From an uncultured Acidobacteriota bacterium (lineage in GTDB: Bacteria > Acidobacteriota > Polarisedimenticolia > Polarisedimenticolales > DASRJG01), in the NCBI GenBank assembly GCA_964619965.1, contig CAZUGP010000058.1, positions 5,198-69,197 on the forward strand: a stretch of 64,000 bases of DNA, read 5' to 3'. Positions 61,874-64,000 of this stretch are shown here, in pieces (the stretch's first letter is position 1; every line of letters starts with the position of its first letter). The notes under the pieces were generated by a model that ran no database searches, was not told where the DNA came from, and saw nothing but the letters and a program-made list of their open reading frames with translations. The translations under genes and the position numbers were made by a program.

Positions 61874-62939
61874 GCTCGACGTCCCGACGATCGCGGCTGC
61901 GTTGGCGCTCGCCGCGGTCGGCATGACGGCGATCGCGTCGGCCACCGCCTTTCAGCCCGGCCGCTCGGGCCTGTGGAAGGCCCAGCTCGCCTGGCTCGGC
62001 ATCGCCTCTTTGGCGGCCGTCGTCGTAATCGCGGTCGACTACCACATTTGGGCGGAGTTCTCGCTCAGCCTCCATGCGGTGGCTGTGGCGATGCTCGCGG
62101 CGGTGCTTCTTTTCGGCAAGGAGGTCGGCGGCAACCGGTCGTGGCTCGCGATGGGCCCTGTGACGTTCCAACCGTCCGAGTTCGCGAAGTGGACGACCTG
62201 TCTCGCCATCGCGGCGTTTCTCGCCAAGAGGGTCCACGAACGCCTGCGCTTCCTCCAAGCGTTGCAGCTTGCGGTGATCATCGGCGTTCCCATGCTCCTG
62301 ATCCTGAAGCAGCCCGACATGGGTACGGCGCTGACGTTCGTGCCGATCTCTCTGGCCGCCGTTTTGCTCGGCGGGCTTCGTTGGCGCTTCGTCGCCGGTG
62401 CGATGTGCGCCGTCGCCCTCCTGGCCCCTGTCGGTTGGCGGCACCTCAAGCCCTACCAAAAAGAGCGCATCTTCACGGTCATCGACCCGAGTCGCGATCT
62501 GTCCGGCGTCGGGTACCAGGTCCGCCAGTCGAAGATCGCCGTCGGCTCCGGACGCCTCACCGGAAAAGGGCTGTTCAAGGGGACGCAGACGCGGCTCAAT
62601 TTTCTTCCGGCCCAGCACACCGACTTCGTGCTCGCCGTCATCGCGGAGGAGCTGGGCTTCATCGGCGCCGCGGGTGTTCTCGCGCTGCTCTACTACCTTC
62701 TCTATCGCGGTCTCCTCGCCGCGCGCTCGTCCCAAGACCGGCTGGGGACCTATCTGAGCTTGCTGGTCGTGTCCTGGCTGACGGGGCAGGCGGCCATCAA
62801 CATCGGGATGGTCCTGGGCCTGATGCCGACGATCGGCGTCCCTTTGCCGTTTCTCTCCTACGGCGGGACGGCGCTGATCTCCGTGACATGCGGCGTTGGC
62901 TTGATCGCCAACGTGCGCGGGAGACGATTCGTGAACTAG
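61848..62939 (+). CDS. rodA: peptidoglycan glycosyltransferase RodA (SEDS family)
   Basis: GTG start overlaps mrdA by 26 nt. FQPSEFAK, PDMGTA, LPAQHTDFVLAVIAEELGFIG, PLPFLSYGGT are SEDS blocks. Confidence 0.92.
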   Translation: MLRRRLLDRLDVPTIAAALALAAVGMTAIASATAFQPGRSGLWKAQLAWLGIASLAAVVVIAVDYHIWAEFSLSLHAVAVAMLAAVLLFGKEVGGNRSWLAMGPVTFQPSEFAKWTTCLAIAAFLAKRVHERLRFLQALQLAVIIGVPMLLILKQPDMGTALTFVPISLAAVLLGGLRWRFVAGAMCAVALLAPVGWRHLKPYQKERIFTVIDPSRDLSGVGYQVRQSKIAVGSGRLTGKGLFKGTQTRLNFLPAQHTDFVLAVIAEELGFIGAAGVLALLYYLLYRGLLAARSSQDRLGTYLSLLVVSWLTGQAAINIGMVLGLMPTIGVPLPFLSYGGTALISVTCGVGLIANVRGRRFVN

Positions 62940-62991
62940 GCCCCCTGCTAGAATCCCGCGGCGTACGACCGGACGCGCCCGGGGAAGAACC

Positions 62992-64000
62992 ATGGCCCAG
63001 AGAACCGAATCGACAAGGGACGACGAAACCGCGTTTCGCGAGCTGTTGGCCGGCGTTCAGAAGCCGACCCGGTATATCGGCGGCGAGTGGAACGAAATCG
63101 TCAAGGACCATCGCGGTGTGGCTTTGACGTTCGCCCTGGCATTTCCCGACGTTTACGAGATCGGGATGTCGCACCTGGGTTTCCGGATCCTCTACCCCCT
63201 CTTGAACGCGCGGGAGGACGTCGCCGCCGAGCGGTGTTTTTGCCCCTGGCCCGACATGGCCGACGCGCTGCGACGCCACAACCGCCCGCTGGCGACGCTC
63301 GAGACCGGGACACCGCTCGCCACCATGGACGTCGTCGGCTTCTCGCTGCAATACGAGATGACGTTCACGAACGTCCTGGAGATGCTCGACCTCGCCGGTA
63401 TCCCGCTGCGCTCGGTCCAGCGCGGCGAAGCGGACCCTTTGGTCGTGGCGGGCGGCCCGGTCGTCTTCAACTGCGAACCGGTCGCCGATTTCTTCGACTT
63501 CGTGTTCGTCGGTGACGCGGAAGAGCTGCTCCCGGAGTTTCTCGACACCCTAATGGCGTTGAAGCGCGCGCGCGCTCCACGCGCGGCGCGCGTTCGCGAG
63601 CTCGCCAAGATCCCCGGCATCTATGCGCCCGCGCTGTACGATGTGGAGAACGACAACGGCCTTTCGATTCCCGTGGGCAACGGGCAAGCACCGTACCCGG
63701 TCAAGCGACGGATCGTCTACGACATCGACCGATTCCCGTTCCCCGACCGGATCATCGTGCCGCACGGCGAGATCGTGCACGACCGGGTCTCGATCGAGCT
63801 GATGCGCGGCTGCCCGGTCGGTTGCCGTTTCTGCCAGGCGGGCTACATCTACCGCCCCACGCGCGAGCGCGACCCGAACCAGGTGCGCGACACCGTGATC
63901 CGCAGTGTACGCGCGACCGGGTACGATCAGTTCTCGCTGGCCTCGCTGAACACCGGCGAGTACGGCGCGGTCCAGCCTTTGTTGTTCGACCTGATGGACC
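62992..64000 (+). CDS. B12-binding-domain radical SAM protein (TIGR03960-like), 5' part (runs off the right edge)
   Basis: Absent from the ORF track because there is no stop in the window. Manual translation: MAQRTESTRDDETAFRELLAGVQKPTRYIGGEWNE...SIELMRGCPVGCRFCQAGYIY (CxxxCxxC radical SAM cluster motif). Confidence 0.85.
   Translation, partial: MAQRTESTRDDETAFRELLAGVQKPTRYIGGEWNEIVKDHRGVALTFALAFPDVYEIGMSHLGFRILYPLLNAREDVAAERCFCPWPDMADALRRHNRPLATLETGTPLATMDVVGFSLQYEMTFTNVLEMLDLAGIPLRSVQRGEADPLVVAGGPVVFNCEPVADFFDFVFVGDAEELLPEFLDTLMALKRARAPRAARVRELAKIPGIYAPALYDVENDNGLSIPVGNGQAPYPVKRRIVYDIDRFPFPDRIIVPHGEIVHDRVSIELMRGCPVGCRFCQAGYIYRPTRERDPNQVRDTVIRSVRATGYDQFSLASLNTGEYGAVQPLLFDLMD

Noticed and set aside
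59735-61945. 736-aa minus-strand ORF
   Set aside because: Antisense to mreD and mrdA, where the SxxK, SxN and KTG motifs are in the plus frame.
1-64000. CRISPR arrays, rRNA genes, transposases, integrases, phage structural genes, reverse transcriptases
   Set aside because: I found no regularly spaced direct repeats and no translations with the corresponding family motifs in the ORF track or in the intergenic regions I read. I cannot exclude short or highly degenerate remnants without a search tool.

Overview
High-GC bacterial chromosomal window, densely coding: about 65 CDS, one tRNA, and no rRNA, CRISPR array, transposase or integrase that I can recognise. Many long ORFs in the six-frame track are antisense or off-frame shadows typical of high-GC DNA. 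I called genes from family motifs in the translations, start and RBS context, and operon logic, and re-derived several starts by hand. Two edge genes and two short ORFs are absent from the track.

Core content:
- ABC-2 exporter plus arcA at the left edge.
- M13, S9 and M16 peptidases.
- arfB, and pxpBCA followed by an Lnt-like gene.
- DsbA, and a sulfatase-like/TPR protein.
- NfeD-flotillin.
- NAGPA-type phosphodiester glycosidase next to a membrane GDPD.
- dxs, moaB, yggX, kbl, erpA, a dGTPase-like gene, ALDH and an MDR oxidoreductase.
- ppiD, mreBCD-mrdA-rodA, and a TIGR03960-like radical SAM gene at the right edge.

The gene set looks like a Gram-negative, possibly Acidobacteriota-like, genome. 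That is inference only.

Two accessory stretches stand out:
1. 21.9-30.2 kb. One intact Phd/RelE module, a diverged copy of its promoter and antitoxin with a 21-codon toxin stub, and a second module whose RelE-like toxin carries an in-frame internal deletion. These surround two convergent paralogous GT-C membrane glycosyltransferases. Next come an arylamine N-acetyltransferase, a small secreted Kazal-like protein, a CDF-like transporter and further decayed gene fragments.
2. 32.7-35.1 kb. An intact tRNA-Thr(CGU) whose 3' 45 nt plus one flanking base are repeated perfectly 2.3 kb away. The repeats bracket an integrase-less islet that carries an MNT/HEPN pair and a 442-aa signal-anchored protein made of three tandem GspG-like (T2SS pseudopilin) globular modules with no prepilin leader. 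This is my best candidate for something undescribed.

Other oddities:
- A 103-nt element with perfect 38-bp inverted arms sits between same-strand genes at 13.5 kb. Its 17-nt core recurs in a convergent-gene terminator at 38.5 kb.
- The Lnt-like protein appears to lack the catalytic Lys and Cys.
- A small protein has a beta-carbonic-anhydrase-like CxDxR...HxxC signature.

All similarity statements come from my own reading of the translations. No database search was run.
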